52,447 nucleotides of DNA. Origin: Parcubacteria group bacterium (GTDB lineage Bacteria; Patescibacteriota; Minisyncoccia; Phycocordibacterales; 21-14-all-47-15). Shown here piece after piece: positions 39,693-49,253 of the stretch (the stretch's first letter is position 1; every line of letters begins with the position of its first letter). The position numbers were made by a program, and so were the translations under genes. The stretch covers positions 1-52,447 of the forward strand of contig JACOYO010000006.1 in NCBI GenBank assembly GCA_016181845.1, in the 5' to 3' direction. The notes under the pieces were generated by a model. It had not been told where the DNA came from and searched no databases. It saw only the letters and a program-made list of their open reading frames with translations.

Positions 39693-41477
39693 TTACTTCA
39701 CGGTTACAGATTTTGCCAAATTGCGCGGCATATCTGGATTGTTTCCGCGAAACACCGCGAGGTAGTACGCGAGAATCTGAATCGGAATGAGGTTGGCGAT
39801 AGGCGATGCTACTCCGACATCGGGTACCGAAATCCATTTGTCAAAAAGCCGATTGTCTTCAGGCGCGATGCCGATGATGTATGCGCCGCGCGCTTTGAGT
39901 TCGGCGACATTTGAGAGCATATCATCTTTGGTTTCATCGTTTGCCATGAGCGCGATACACGGCGTATTTTTTTTGACAAGCGCGATCGGACCGTGCTTCA
40001 GCTCGCCTCCTGCAAATCCTTCGGCGTGGATATAAGAAACTTCTTGTATTTTGATCGCCGCTTCAAGCGCCATCGGATAGTTTGCCGACTTACCAATGAT
40101 ATACACATCATTTTCATTGAAAATAATCTCGGCGACTTTTTTGATGTATTCCAGATACTTCGGATTGAGCTGGTTATTGATTTTCCCCACCAGTCCGATG
40201 AGGAGCTCTTTTCCTTCTTGTAATTTCCCAGCTGTCGCATACGCAATCAAAAGAAGGAGTGCTAATTGCGAAGTCGCCGCTTTGGTGGAAGCGACCGCTT
40301 TTTCCGGTCCCGCATTGATGAGGAGTGAATAATCAGAAGCCCGCGCGACCGACGAACCGGAAACATTCACTAAAGAAAGCACTTTTGATTTTTTGCGTTT
40401 GGCAACCTTCATCGCCTCAAGCACGTCCGCGGTTTCTCCGCTTTGCGACACCGCGATAAAGAGACTTTCAGGTCTTAAAAAATGGTGATATATGGGAAAC
40501 TCAGATGACGGCGCGAAGTTGGTATGACGTTCCGAAACAACGGAGAAAAAATATTCCGCCGCGGCGCACACCTTCCCCGCCGTGCCGCACCCGGAGAGAA
40601 ATACGCCGCGCGCCTTTTGTATCTCTCGTGCTATTTTTTTGATGGCGTTGTCGTCTTGGTTGATTGCCCGCGCGAGCGAATCTTTCTGCTCAACGATTTC
40701 TTTCAGCATGAAATGGTCCCACTCGCCTTTTGACGCCGCTTCTTTGTCAAAAATAATCGTGATGTCTTTTTTTTGTATTTTTTTCGGTTCAAGAAACGAG
40801 TGAAACTGCGCTTTGGTACGGGAGAGTTTCACGTACTCGCCATCGTCAAGATAATTCACCACCTGCGTATATTCAATGAAAGCGGGAATGTCGGAGGCGA
40901 TAAAGTATTCCCCGTCTCCTTTGCCGATGATTAGTGGCGAACCGGAGCGTCCGGCAAGCAAAAAATCGCTCTCGATATGCATCACCACAAACGCAAAACG
41001 TCCTTTCAGCTCTCCGCATGTCGCAATAAAAGCGTCTTCTAGTGATTTCCCGCTCTGCATGTGGTAATCGATGAGGTGCGGGATGACCTCCGTATCCGTT
41101 TCAGAAACAAAAAGATTCCGCTTTCGCTCCGACAAACGCCTGCGGAGGGCATCGGCATTTTCAATGATGCCGTTGTGCACCACGGCAATAGTTTTGTCAT
41201 GATTAAAGTGCGGATGCGCGTTTTTTTTGGTCACTCCGCCGTGAGTCGCCCAGCGCGAATGTCCGATGGCGGTGTCTCCCGACACATCCGCAAAATCTTT
41301 TTCAGCAATGCCTGAAATTTTCCCGACCTCTTTTCTTGAGTAGAGTTCATTTGTATGCGGATTGCGAACGGCAATCCCCCAGCTGTCGTAGCCGCGATAT
41401 TCCAAATCCTTGAGTCCTTTGACTGTTTTTTGCGCCGCGCGATTATCGGCGCCTATGTATCCAAAAATGCCGCACAT
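39693..41477 (-). CDS. glmS: Glutamine--fructose-6-phosphate aminotransferase
   Basis: MCGIFGYIG N-terminal nucleophile, two SIS domains and a C-terminal NLAKSVTVK(E)-like end. Confidence 0.96.
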   Translation of the reverse strand: MCGIFGYIGADNRAAQKTVKGLKDLEYRGYDSWGIAVRNPHTNELYSRKEVGKISGIAEKDFADVSGDTAIGHSRWATHGGVTKKNAHPHFNHDKTIAVVHNGIIENADALRRRLSERKRNLFVSETDTEVIPHLIDYHMQSGKSLEDAFIATCGELKGRFAFVVMHIESDFLLAGRSGSPLIIGKGDGEYFIASDIPAFIEYTQVVNYLDDGEYVKLSRTKAQFHSFLEPKKIQKKDITIIFDKEAASKGEWDHFMLKEIVEQKDSLARAINQDDNAIKKIAREIQKARGVFLSGCGTAGKVCAAAEYFFSVVSERHTNFAPSSEFPIYHHFLRPESLFIAVSQSGETADVLEAMKVAKRKKSKVLSLVNVSGSSVARASDYSLLINAGPEKAVASTKAATSQLALLLLIAYATAGKLQEGKELLIGLVGKINNQLNPKYLEYIKKVAEIIFNENDVYIIGKSANYPMALEAAIKIQEVSYIHAEGFAGGELKHGPIALVKKNTPCIALMANDETKDDMLSNVAELKARGAYIIGIAPEDNRLFDKWISVPDVGVASPIANLIPIQILAYYLAVFRGNNPDMPRNLAKSVTVK

Positions 41478-41662
41478 ATAATTATATCTTGTCCATTACG
41501 AAACAGTAACATATAAATCCAAATTCTCTGATTGTGACAAAAAACGAAAAACTAAAAATGAAAAGTGCAAAGCAACAACTTAAAATTCAAAATATTTCAA
41601 ACTTTACGATATTGTTTTGTGTTTTTCGATTTACGCTTTGCGTTTTCTTAATTCATGTTTAT

Positions 41663-43117
41663 TTAATGAAAATATTTTCTTACAAAAAGATTAAATTTTT
41701 TGCCGCGGTCAAATTCGTTTTTAAATTTCTCAAAACTTGCCGCCCCGGGAGAAAAAAGAACCGTTTTGTTTCCAGAAATTGAAGCTTGCGACGCGGCCTT
41801 CACGCATTCGTGTAAGGTTTCGTAAACGTGCATATGTTCATTCCAATATCCTCTTTTTTGTAACTCTTTTATCAAGACATCGGTTGCAGAACCAGCCAAC
41901 AGGATGAGGTATTTTGGCAGTATATGCCGTTTAATTTCTTCCGCCAGTTGACAATAACTCAAATTTTTATTGGTACCGCCGGTGATCAGCACGCGCTGTT
42001 TTTTTGATATATAAGAGAACCGCAGAAGTGCGGCGATAGTAGCCTCTTCGGTGGTCGCCGCGGAATCATTCACCACGAGCAATCGGCGCGACCGCAACAC
42101 CACCTCTTGCCGAAACGAAATGGGTGGAAGCGTTTTTAACATTCGTTTTGATAATTTGAAACGCGGACAATAAAGACGGGCCGCGAGCGCCGATGCGAGC
42201 AAATTTTCCAAATTATGCGCGCCGAAACTTCGTTCAAATCCATCCACATTGCCGAGCAAGTGTTGCCCTCCGTCTTTTTGAAATATGAGCTTCTTTTTTT
42301 CCACAAAAATACCGTTCGCGTTTCGCGGAAGCGGTTTTGACGAAAAATAAAAGACACGCGCTTTCGATTTTTTTGCCTGCCTGCCGGTGAGGCAGGAAAG
42401 AAAAAATTTTGTCCATTTGTTTTCATAATTCAAAATCAAAAAATCATCGGCTGTCTGCCATTTGAAAATGTTTGCCTTTGCTTCCGCGTACGCCTTCATG
42501 GATGCGTAGGTGTTGAGATGGTCGAGGAATAGATTAGTTATGAGCGCAATGTGCGGACTTTTTTTCGCCTCCGGTAAAAGTTCCAACTGCCACGATGGTA
42601 ATTCAAGCACCGCGGGCGTATTTTTTTTTAGACTATCAAGGGCTTTCAAAAACGGCCGTTTCGGATTATTGCCGATTGGTCGTATGTCATTGGCGAGCGC
42701 TTGCGACAACAAATGAGATACCCAGTGAACAGTCGTCGTTTTCCCGCGGGTACCGGTGATGCCGATAAGCGGATTTTCTGCCGCGCGGAAAAAGAGCGTC
42801 ATTTCATTTTCAACTGGAATCCCCCGCTTTCGTGCGTACAAAACAAAAAGATTATTGAGCCGCACAGCTGGATTGATAACCAACATATCGCTTTGGGCGA
42901 TATCTTTTTTGCGGTGCTCTCCAAAAATACCCGGCACTTTTTTTGATATTTTTTTAAGCGAATCTTTGAGCTCGTCTTTTGCGCGCAAATCGGTAACCGT
43001 CACCTTGGCGTCGTGTTTCAAGAGCCAATTTACCGTCGCCACCCCTCCGCCAAGACGCCCGAGACCCATCACGAGCACACGTTTATCTTTTAAAAACTTC
43101 TTTGATTCTGATTCCAT
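41663..43117 (-). CDS. murD: UDP-N-acetylmuramoylalanine--D-glutamate ligase
   Basis: VLVMGLGRLGGG Rossmann N-terminus and ITGTRGKTTT P-loop. At 484 aa it is somewhat long. Confidence 0.85.
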   Translation of the reverse strand: MESESKKFLKDKRVLVMGLGRLGGGVATVNWLLKHDAKVTVTDLRAKDELKDSLKKISKKVPGIFGEHRKKDIAQSDMLVINPAVRLNNLFVLYARKRGIPVENEMTLFFRAAENPLIGITGTRGKTTTVHWVSHLLSQALANDIRPIGNNPKRPFLKALDSLKKNTPAVLELPSWQLELLPEAKKSPHIALITNLFLDHLNTYASMKAYAEAKANIFKWQTADDFLILNYENKWTKFFLSCLTGRQAKKSKARVFYFSSKPLPRNANGIFVEKKKLIFQKDGGQHLLGNVDGFERSFGAHNLENLLASALAARLYCPRFKLSKRMLKTLPPISFRQEVVLRSRRLLVVNDSAATTEEATIAALLRFSYISKKQRVLITGGTNKNLSYCQLAEEIKRHILPKYLILLAGSATDVLIKELQKRGYWNEHMHVYETLHECVKAASQASISGNKTVLFSPGAASFEKFKNEFDRGKKFNLFVRKYFH

Positions 43118-43124
43118 AAAAATT

Positions 43125-43133
43125 AGTATATCC
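43125..43133 (-). promoter_or_regulatory. -10 box (G)GATATACT 7 nt upstream of the murD ATG (leaderless-type)
   Basis: The minus strand reads gggaTATACTaatttttATG. Confidence 0.45.
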
Positions 43134-43302
43134 CAACATTTGAGAAATTAAGAAATTTCGTTCTCGCTTGTTCTGATCACTTCTTTTATTTTTATTTTTC
43201 TTATTATTTCACCATTATCAATTATTACTCCTAATACTACTAGCATGGCTATTAACATACTAAATATATATATAAATATATATAATATACATGAAACACT
43301 AA

Positions 43303-43342
43303 CACTCTTACTATTTTCGCGGTCGCGAAAATAGTAAGAGTG
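43303..43342. repeat. 38-bp palindrome, copy 2 (downstream of the PaaX-like gene)
   Basis: cACTCTTACTATTTTCGCGGTCGCGAAAATAGTAAGAGTg. Confidence 0.9.
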
Positions 43343-43433
43343 TGAAATTCATAAGACTCACTCTAAGTTCAATGAAATTTACAAAAAATTTACAATGTGT
43401 TTTTAATTTGTTTATGAATTTATTTAATGGTTA

Positions 43434-44015
43434 TTAGGAAAGATTGAAATGTTTCCGAATAGTTTTGTCATTTTCAAGTTTTTCAACAATAAGATATAGA
43501 ATATCTTTGCCAATCATAAAATCCGCTTTAAGAAGTGATACAAAATCTTCACAATCATACGGGAAAACCCAGACGCTGTCTTGAAGCTTCACAAAACCTA
43601 GACGAATGAGGGATAATCTAAGTTTATCGCGAGTTTTTCTTCTCCTCTCTTTTATATCAAAAATCACAACGCGCCATCTGCCATCCCAACGTTTTGGTTT
43701 TTGAATTTCAAAATTGCCAAGCTTAAGAAGTCGTAATTTATTCTCTCCGGCCGGAGTAAGTCTGGCAAAAGTTCCGTGTTCCGTCTTTTTAAATTCAAGC
43801 AATCCTTGTTTCGCCAGCCGTGATGCTGCCGTTTTAAAATAATATTTTTGATTTTCTCCGCGTCTTCCATTTTTAAATATTTTAAAAATCTGAAGCGCGT
43901 TTGGCGCAATGAGCGCGATGCTCAAAATACCAGCGGCGGCAATTGTCTTTAAAATTACTTCTGTTATTTTATCTCGTCGTTCTTTTTTTATTACCGCTTT
44001 TTCCAAAGTACCCAT
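43434..44015 (-). CDS. PaaX-like regulator: N-terminal TM helix, winged-helix region, and central Cas2-like fold domain
   Basis: RWDGRWRVVIFDIKERRRKTRDKLRLSLIRLGFVKLQDSVWVFP matches the PaaX central (Cas2-like) domain pattern W.G.W..v.fdiPe..R..RD.lR..L..lGF..lq.svWv.P. The segment is AT-rich. Confidence 0.6.
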   Translation of the reverse strand: MGTLEKAVIKKERRDKITEVILKTIAAAGILSIALIAPNALQIFKIFKNGRRGENQKYYFKTAASRLAKQGLLEFKKTEHGTFARLTPAGENKLRLLKLGNFEIQKPKRWDGRWRVVIFDIKERRRKTRDKLRLSLIRLGFVKLQDSVWVFPYDCEDFVSLLKADFMIGKDILYLIVEKLENDKTIRKHFNLS

Positions 44016-44035
44016 AATATTAGTTAGTGTATCAT

Positions 44036-44073
44036 ACTCTTACTATTTTCGCGACCGCGAAAATAGTAAGAGT
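44036..44073. repeat. 38-bp palindrome, copy 3: inverted centre, 21 bp upstream of the PaaX-like ATG
   Basis: ACTCTTACTATTTTCGCGACCGCGAAAATAGTAAGAGT overlaps a TATGAT -10-like hexamer. Confidence 0.9.
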
Positions 44074-44242
44074 ATTTAACATTCAAACATTCGTCTTTCG
44101 TCTTTCAGGCGTTCCGGCTTTCGAGCCGTTCAAGTTTGAACATTCAAGCGTTCAGGAAATTTAATTGTGGTAACAATTTTCGCTTCCTTTATTTTGTCTT
44201 TATCTTTTCTTTCGCCAGTTTACCGTGAAACTAGAGCATAAC

Positions 44243-44274
44243 AAAAAAGGGCCGCTCGGTAGAGCGTGCCCTTT
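44243..44274 (-). terminator. Rho-independent terminator of the PLP-enzyme gene
   Basis: Minus strand: aaagggcacgctctaccgagcggccctttttt. Confidence 0.65.
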
Positions 44275-44283
44275 GAAACTAAT

Positions 44284-45513
44284 TTAACGAAACACTTTTT
44301 CAAACGCCTGTTTGAAGTCGGGTATCAGGTAGCTGCGAAAAGTATCTTCATCTTCTGCACTAGGAGAAACACGAATCAAATTCTCCCTTATCCCCGCCGC
44401 TTTCTGAAGCTCGGGCGGCATATCAGCATGTGATGTTCTGCCTGAACAGTTAACGAGCGTATACCTGCAGTCGCAAATGTGAACCATCACCACTGCATAC
44501 TCAAGCGTGTCAACAAACGCTTTTGCTTTCTCCCTATCTCCTCTTATTTCAAAGGAAAGAAGCGCGCCTCCGTATCCGCTCATCTGGTCGCGGATAATCT
44601 CACTGTCACGGCTATGCGCAAGCGTAGGATAATGAACCATCTCAACAAATTCGCGCTGTTCCGCAAGCCATTCCGCAAGAATGTGGGCATTTTCAGAATG
44701 ACGGTAAATGTTGGAACCGAAAAAATGAAGTCTTTTTAAAAGACCGGCGGCAGTTCGAGGACTCATCACCGGCCGCATGGTGTGGAAAAATTTTGCCGCC
44801 GTCATTTCTTCAAACAATCCTTTTCTCGCAAGAAGTATTCCGCCCAAATCGGTTGAATAGTCATTCAGTCCCTTTGACACAGAAGAAACAACGACATCCA
44901 CCCCCCACAAAAACGGTTTTTGAATCGCGTGGGTCGCGACAGTATTATCAATAACCGTAACCCCTCCGAATTTTTTCGGAAGCTGCGCGAATATCCGTAT
45001 CAAAAACACATCGGCAAGTGGGTTGCTCGGCGTTTCAGCCAAAAACATGCCGATGTCATAACCATCGGCGATAGCCTGGTTCGCGGCCGTTTCCCACGCT
45101 TCTTCATCCGCGGGATTATCAACACGATAAGTCGGTATGCCCAACGCGGGAAATTGTTCGTAACAAGAAACGAACGTGCATCCGTACACTTTGCTTGAGT
45201 AAATGAGTGCTTTTTTTCCAAACGCACAGATTGACAAGACGACCATATAAATCGCTGACATTCCTGACGCAAAAGTGATACCGTCGTATTCATCTTTCCA
45301 CGCGCCGCATTCGCCATCAAGTATTTTTTGAACCAGCGCATAATTTTCCGGTGTATGCCGTCCAACGCCATGATAAAAAAATGGAACCTCTCCCTCTTTA
45401 ATATCTCCGGAAAAAAATCGTTCCAGCTGTCCTTCGCCGCATGGCGGAGCAAACGCAATGCTTGGTCCGGCAGGATTAATGCCGCCATATTTGCCGAATA
45501 ATTTTTTCCCCAT
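44284..45513 (-). CDS. Cys/Met-metabolism PLP-dependent enzyme (cystathionine gamma-synthase / O-acylhomoserine sulfhydrylase / methionine gamma-lyase family)
   Basis: VVSSVSKGLNDYSTDLGG PLP-lysine context; family-typical length; SD GAAGGAG upstream. Confidence 0.75.
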   Translation of the reverse strand: MGKKLFGKYGGINPAGPSIAFAPPCGEGQLERFFSGDIKEGEVPFFYHGVGRHTPENYALVQKILDGECGAWKDEYDGITFASGMSAIYMVVLSICAFGKKALIYSSKVYGCTFVSCYEQFPALGIPTYRVDNPADEEAWETAANQAIADGYDIGMFLAETPSNPLADVFLIRIFAQLPKKFGGVTVIDNTVATHAIQKPFLWGVDVVVSSVSKGLNDYSTDLGGILLARKGLFEEMTAAKFFHTMRPVMSPRTAAGLLKRLHFFGSNIYRHSENAHILAEWLAEQREFVEMVHYPTLAHSRDSEIIRDQMSGYGGALLSFEIRGDREKAKAFVDTLEYAVVMVHICDCRYTLVNCSGRTSHADMPPELQKAAGIRENLIRVSPSAEDEDTFRSYLIPDFKQAFEKVFR

Positions 45514-45650
45514 TTTCTACTCCTTCGTGTTTATATGTGTCAAAGAATTGTTCAAAAACTGTCCTTATTTCTATCACGCTTCAAATGAGACGTCAAATAA
45601 AAGAAAAATCGAACCCATGCCGCTTTTCCAAAAAGAACCATTGACAACAA

Positions 45651-46202
45651 TTACACTCGCAACCCGCGCATAACAAGGGCGCGTTTTTTGAGTTCTTCAA
45701 AAAATTCTTTCGTTTGTTTTTTGTATGACGTGTCTTTTATTCCGCCATTTTCATCAAACATTTCAGCTATATTAGGAAAATAGAGCGCTTGTTTCAGAGG
45801 ATACATGGAAAAATTCACCAATACAGGCAAAAGATTTTCAACCGCCCGCGCGCCGCCAAAATATCCGGCAGAGACTGACGCAATGCCAACCGGCTTGTAG
45901 GCATATTCCTGATACAGCGAATCAAGCAATATCTTTAGTTCTCCCGGATAGCCGTGGTTATATTCCGGCACAACAAAAATAAATCCGTCGGCTCGTCCAG
46001 CGCTTTCTTTCCAAAAAGAGATGTTTGGATTGGAAACCCACGGTGGAACCGTCTCCCCGCTCATTATCTCCTTGACGTCAATCATCTCCGACTCAATGCC
46101 TTCAACGCGCTTCAGTTCGCCAAAAAGGTAGCTCGCGACTTTTTCTGATTGACGTTCCCGCCTGGCAGTCCCAAGCACGATTGGAATAAATAGCGATGGC
46201 AT
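45651..46202 (-). CDS. NADPH-dependent FMN reductase family flavoprotein
   Basis: IVLGTARRERQSEKVA and FIFVVPEYNHGYPGELKILLD. Confidence 0.8.
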   Translation of the reverse strand: MPSLFIPIVLGTARRERQSEKVASYLFGELKRVEGIESEMIDVKEIMSGETVPPWVSNPNISFWKESAGRADGFIFVVPEYNHGYPGELKILLDSLYQEYAYKPVGIASVSAGYFGGARAVENLLPVLVNFSMYPLKQALYFPNIAEMFDENGGIKDTSYKKQTKEFFEELKKRALVMRGLRV

Positions 46203-46220
46203 ATATTTTTTGATTATAGA

Positions 46221-46916
46221 TTATACTAATTTTTTAATTAGAGATTCAGCCTCTTCCGCGGAATCCACTAAATGGTAAATCTCCATATCTTTTTCATCAA
46301 CTGCTTTATCACGCCCGTACACGTCTTTTTTAATCCAATCAAACAAAGGCGTCCAGTATTCTTTCCCGACGGCAATCACCGGAATCGGTTTGATTTTTTT
46401 CGTCTGCACGAGCGTAACTATTTCAAAAAATTCATCAAGCGTGCCGAACCCTCCCGGGAAAAAAATATATACTTCCGAAGCAAACGAGAGCATAACTTTC
46501 CGCGTAAAAAAATAGTGAAATGAAAGCGTGTCGTTCACATACGTATTGAGTACTTGCCCTCCGGGCAATTCGATGTTTAACCCCGCCGATTTTCCTCCAG
46601 CATCAAGTGCCCCCTTATTTGCCGCTTCCATAACTCCCGGGCCGCCGCCAGTGATAACATCAAACCCATCTTTGACAAGCATACCGGCAAGCTTCGTCGC
46701 TTCTTGATATGTCGCGTCGCTCAATGAACAACGCGACGAACCGAAAAAAGTCGCCGTCTTTCCATACTTGCGCAAAAATTCAAATCCGGAAACAAATTCC
46801 GACATAATCTTAAAAATTCGCCACGTTGCCGCGTCTTCTGAATGAATGTCCAACAATTCATCAACACGTGCTTTTGGCAGACACACTTCTCCTTCTTGTT
46901 TTTTGTAAGTATCCAT
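46221..46916 (-). CDS. LOG-family (TIGR00730) nucleotide phosphoribohydrolase
   Basis: ITGGGPGVMEAANKGA and PGGFGTLDEFFE motifs. Confidence 0.88.
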   Translation of the reverse strand: MDTYKKQEGEVCLPKARVDELLDIHSEDAATWRIFKIMSEFVSGFEFLRKYGKTATFFGSSRCSLSDATYQEATKLAGMLVKDGFDVITGGGPGVMEAANKGALDAGGKSAGLNIELPGGQVLNTYVNDTLSFHYFFTRKVMLSFASEVYIFFPGGFGTLDEFFEIVTLVQTKKIKPIPVIAVGKEYWTPLFDWIKKDVYGRDKAVDEKDMEIYHLVDSAEEAESLIKKLV

Positions 46917-46922
46917 TTGTGT

Positions 46923-46930
46923 ATTATATA
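46923..46930 (-). promoter_or_regulatory. TATATAAT box 6 nt upstream of the LOG ATG (leaderless-type)
   Basis: The minus strand reads tagTATATAATacacaaATG. Confidence 0.45.
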
Positions 46931-46972
46931 CTAAACTGTAAGAAAATTAATTTGTATTGAAACGGAGCGCTA

Positions 46973-47596
46973 TTATTGCGAACGATAGACAGAACTCTTC
47001 ATTTTTTTGTAACCGGTAAACAGTACGCCGAAGCCGACTATTCCCGCGACGAGCTGATAATGCGGAGGCAAGGTCGCCGCATAAGAAAAAATAAACGCAA
47101 ACGGAAGAATCCCAAAAATTGTTGAGGAAAGATAAATTCTGAACGGGATTTTTGTAAAAAGCCCTACAGCATAACTCAACACATCTACCGGAAGCGCCAT
47201 ACGCAAAAACACGAGACTCCAAAATACATGCTGTTCGGGCAATATTTTTTCAAACCGTTCAACATTACGCAAATCAACAAACCGATGAATCACCGGCTTT
47301 CCAAAACGTCTCGCGATAAAGAACGCGGCAACCGCTCCGATAGTCCATCCGAAGACGCTCAACAGCGCCGCTGCAAAACTCCCCCACAAACCAACGGCAA
47401 TCGGCAAAAGAGGCAGAGTGCTTACCGGCGCAATAACAACCGCAATTATGGTGACCGCAACATAAACAATCATTCCCTCTAGCCCGAGCACAAACGGAAT
47501 ATCCACAAAAAAATCAGCATATTGCTGGACAACTGCTGATGCACCGATAAAAAGGACAACAACCAATAACGCAATGCCTATTTCTTTTGCCGACAT
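46973..47596 (-). CDS. TVP38/TMEM64 (DedA-related) family membrane protein
   Basis: Multi-TM, with FFIARRFGKPVI...LRMALPVDVLSYAVGL. Confidence 0.75.
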   Translation of the reverse strand: MSAKEIGIALLVVVLFIGASAVVQQYADFFVDIPFVLGLEGMIVYVAVTIIAVVIAPVSTLPLLPIAVGLWGSFAAALLSVFGWTIGAVAAFFIARRFGKPVIHRFVDLRNVERFEKILPEQHVFWSLVFLRMALPVDVLSYAVGLFTKIPFRIYLSSTIFGILPFAFIFSYAATLPPHYQLVAGIVGFGVLFTGYKKMKSSVYRSQ

Positions 47597-47603
47597 TGCT
47601 TTC

Positions 47604-47612
47604 AGTATATCA
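47604..47612 (-). promoter_or_regulatory. Extended -10 box TGATATACT 7 nt upstream of the TVP38-family ATG (leaderless-type)
   Basis: The minus strand reads cgTGATATACTgaaagcaATG. The TATACTGAAAGCA string recurs at 26628-26640, and GATGAAAGCA upstream of ileS. Confidence 0.5.
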
Positions 47613-47624
47613 CGCTGGCAACGG

Positions 47625-47654
47625 AAAACGACACCGTGGAGATGGTGTCGTTTT
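47625..47654. terminator. Rho-independent terminator after the DsbA-like gene
   Basis: aaaacgacacc-gtggagat-ggtgtcgtttttt. Confidence 0.65.
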
Positions 47655-47683
47655 TTGAAAAACTGTGAAAAAGAAACTGCGTA

Positions 47684-48394
47684 TTAATTTTTGAATGCTT
47701 GTTCAAGCAACCCTTTTACCTGCTCAAACGTCAACGCGCCGCTAAACGGAAAAACTCCTCCTTTTGGGGTGATGATGATTGAATACGGCGTGCCGGTGCC
47801 TCCTGACGCAATGGCATCGGAGAGATTTTCAGAAATATGACTGGCATATTTACCGCTATCCAAACAAGATTGAAACACATCTACGTCAAGACCGATATTT
47901 TTTGCAATTACCGGTAATTGATTCATGTCAAGACCATTGTTTGACGGCGTAATAGCGAACACTCCATCAACATAATTCCAAAACGCGACATTCCCGCCTT
48001 GCTCCGCCGCGCATTCTGATGCTTCTGATTCTTTTCGTGATTTTGGATGGATAGAATCCAGCGGAAAATGCCGATACACCCACGCAACTTGTCCGTCCTT
48101 GCCGTATACATCAACAATTTGCTTCATCGTTTGATGAAATACTTTGCAGAACGGACATTCCAAATCGGAAAATTCAATAATAGTAACCGCGGCGCTTGGA
48201 CTGCCCAATAGATGGTCGTTTGCAGTAATCGGTTTCACATTTTCCGCGGAAGCAGATTGCGGAGGCGTGTTTTTTGACCCGTCTTTTTTTGTGTCGCCTT
48301 TTTGTGAAACAAAAACCGCGCCCGCAACGATAAGACCGGCGATAATAATCGCCCCTGGAATCAGGTATGGAATGTTGTTTTGTGGGGTATTCAT
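47684..48394 (-). CDS. DsbA-family thioredoxin-fold protein, membrane-anchored
   Basis: N-terminal TM helix; CPFC active site; thioredoxin-like body. Confidence 0.8.
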   Translation of the reverse strand: MNTPQNNIPYLIPGAIIIAGLIVAGAVFVSQKGDTKKDGSKNTPPQSASAENVKPITANDHLLGSPSAAVTIIEFSDLECPFCKVFHQTMKQIVDVYGKDGQVAWVYRHFPLDSIHPKSRKESEASECAAEQGGNVAFWNYVDGVFAITPSNNGLDMNQLPVIAKNIGLDVDVFQSCLDSGKYASHISENLSDAIASGGTGTPYSIIITPKGGVFPFSGALTFEQVKGLLEQAFKN

Positions 48395-48442
48395 ATGTAT
48401 TTTATTATACGCCGACCCGTTTTATAAGACAAGAACAAAAAA

Positions 48443-48979
48443 TTACTTCTTAAACGGCACTCCCAAGTGTTCAAGAAATGCTGTCGCTTCCTCTTTCTTT
48501 TTTGCCGTTGTAACAATCGTAATCGCGAGCCCGAAAACATCTTTCAAGTCTTCATCGGAAGTTTCCGGAAAAATCACATGCTCTTTTATGCCAAGCGTCA
48601 AATTGCCGACAGCGTCAATGCCGGTTTTGACAAATCCGCGAAAATCGCGCATTCGGGGTACGGCAATGTTGAAAAGCTTATCAAGAAATGCGTACATCCG
48701 CGCCCCGCGCATGGTCACCATATATCCGACAGGGTCGCCCTCCCGCAATTTGAAAGTGGCGATTGATTTTTTTGCTCCGCGGAGCGCCGGTTTTTGTCCG
48801 GTAATTTTTGCCAACCTGCTGGCAACCACTTCATTCCGCTGTTTTTTGTCTTTCGCCGAGCCGGTACCCGCGCTCACTGCAATTTTCACCAGGCGCGGAG
48901 CTTCCATCGCGTTAGTATAACCAAACCGCGCTTGAAGGGCTTTGAATGCTGTTTTTTCGTTTTGTTTTGTTGAAATCAT
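48443..48979 (-). CDS. rplE: 50S ribosomal protein L5
   Basis: L5 sequence, 178 aa. Confidence 0.95.
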   Translation of the reverse strand: MISTKQNEKTAFKALQARFGYTNAMEAPRLVKIAVSAGTGSAKDKKQRNEVVASRLAKITGQKPALRGAKKSIATFKLREGDPVGYMVTMRGARMYAFLDKLFNIAVPRMRDFRGFVKTGIDAVGNLTLGIKEHVIFPETSDEDLKDVFGLAITIVTTAKKKEEATAFLEHLGVPFKK

Positions 48980-48998
48980 GGTGTTGGGTTATTAGGTT

Positions 48999-49238
48999 TT
49001 AGCTTTTTAGGCCGCTTTTCTGGTCAACGAGCATCACATTTGACACATGCATCGGCGCCGGATATTCCACAATCTGCCCTTTTTGCCCTCCGCGTCGCGC
49101 TCGTTGGTGTCTCTTTTTTATATTCACCCCCTCAACAACAACCCGATTTTCTTTCGGGATTGCTTTCAAAATCTTTCCTTTCTTTCCTTTATCTTTGCCG
49201 GTTATGACGGCAACGGTGTCATTTTTTTTGATACGCAT
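48999..49238 (-). CDS. rplX: 50S ribosomal protein L24
   Basis: KOW motif IKKNDTVAVITGKDKGKKGKI. Start trimmed to MRIKKND. Confidence 0.92.
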   Translation of the reverse strand: MRIKKNDTVAVITGKDKGKKGKILKAIPKENRVVVEGVNIKKRHQRARRGGQKGQIVEYPAPMHVSNVMLVDQKSGLKS

Positions 49239-49253
49239 AAAAATAAAATTCAA

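Noticed and set aside
43265-43290. TA-dinucleotide tract as a functional microsatellite.
   Set aside because: It is short, lies in very AT-rich DNA and has no repeat-unit regularity beyond (TA)n with interruptions. It is noted only as part of the AT-rich cassette.
48144-48920. 258-aa plus-strand ORF.
   Set aside because: It is antisense to the DsbA-like gene and rplE, both of which have strong family signatures. The composition is typical of an antisense shadow ORF.
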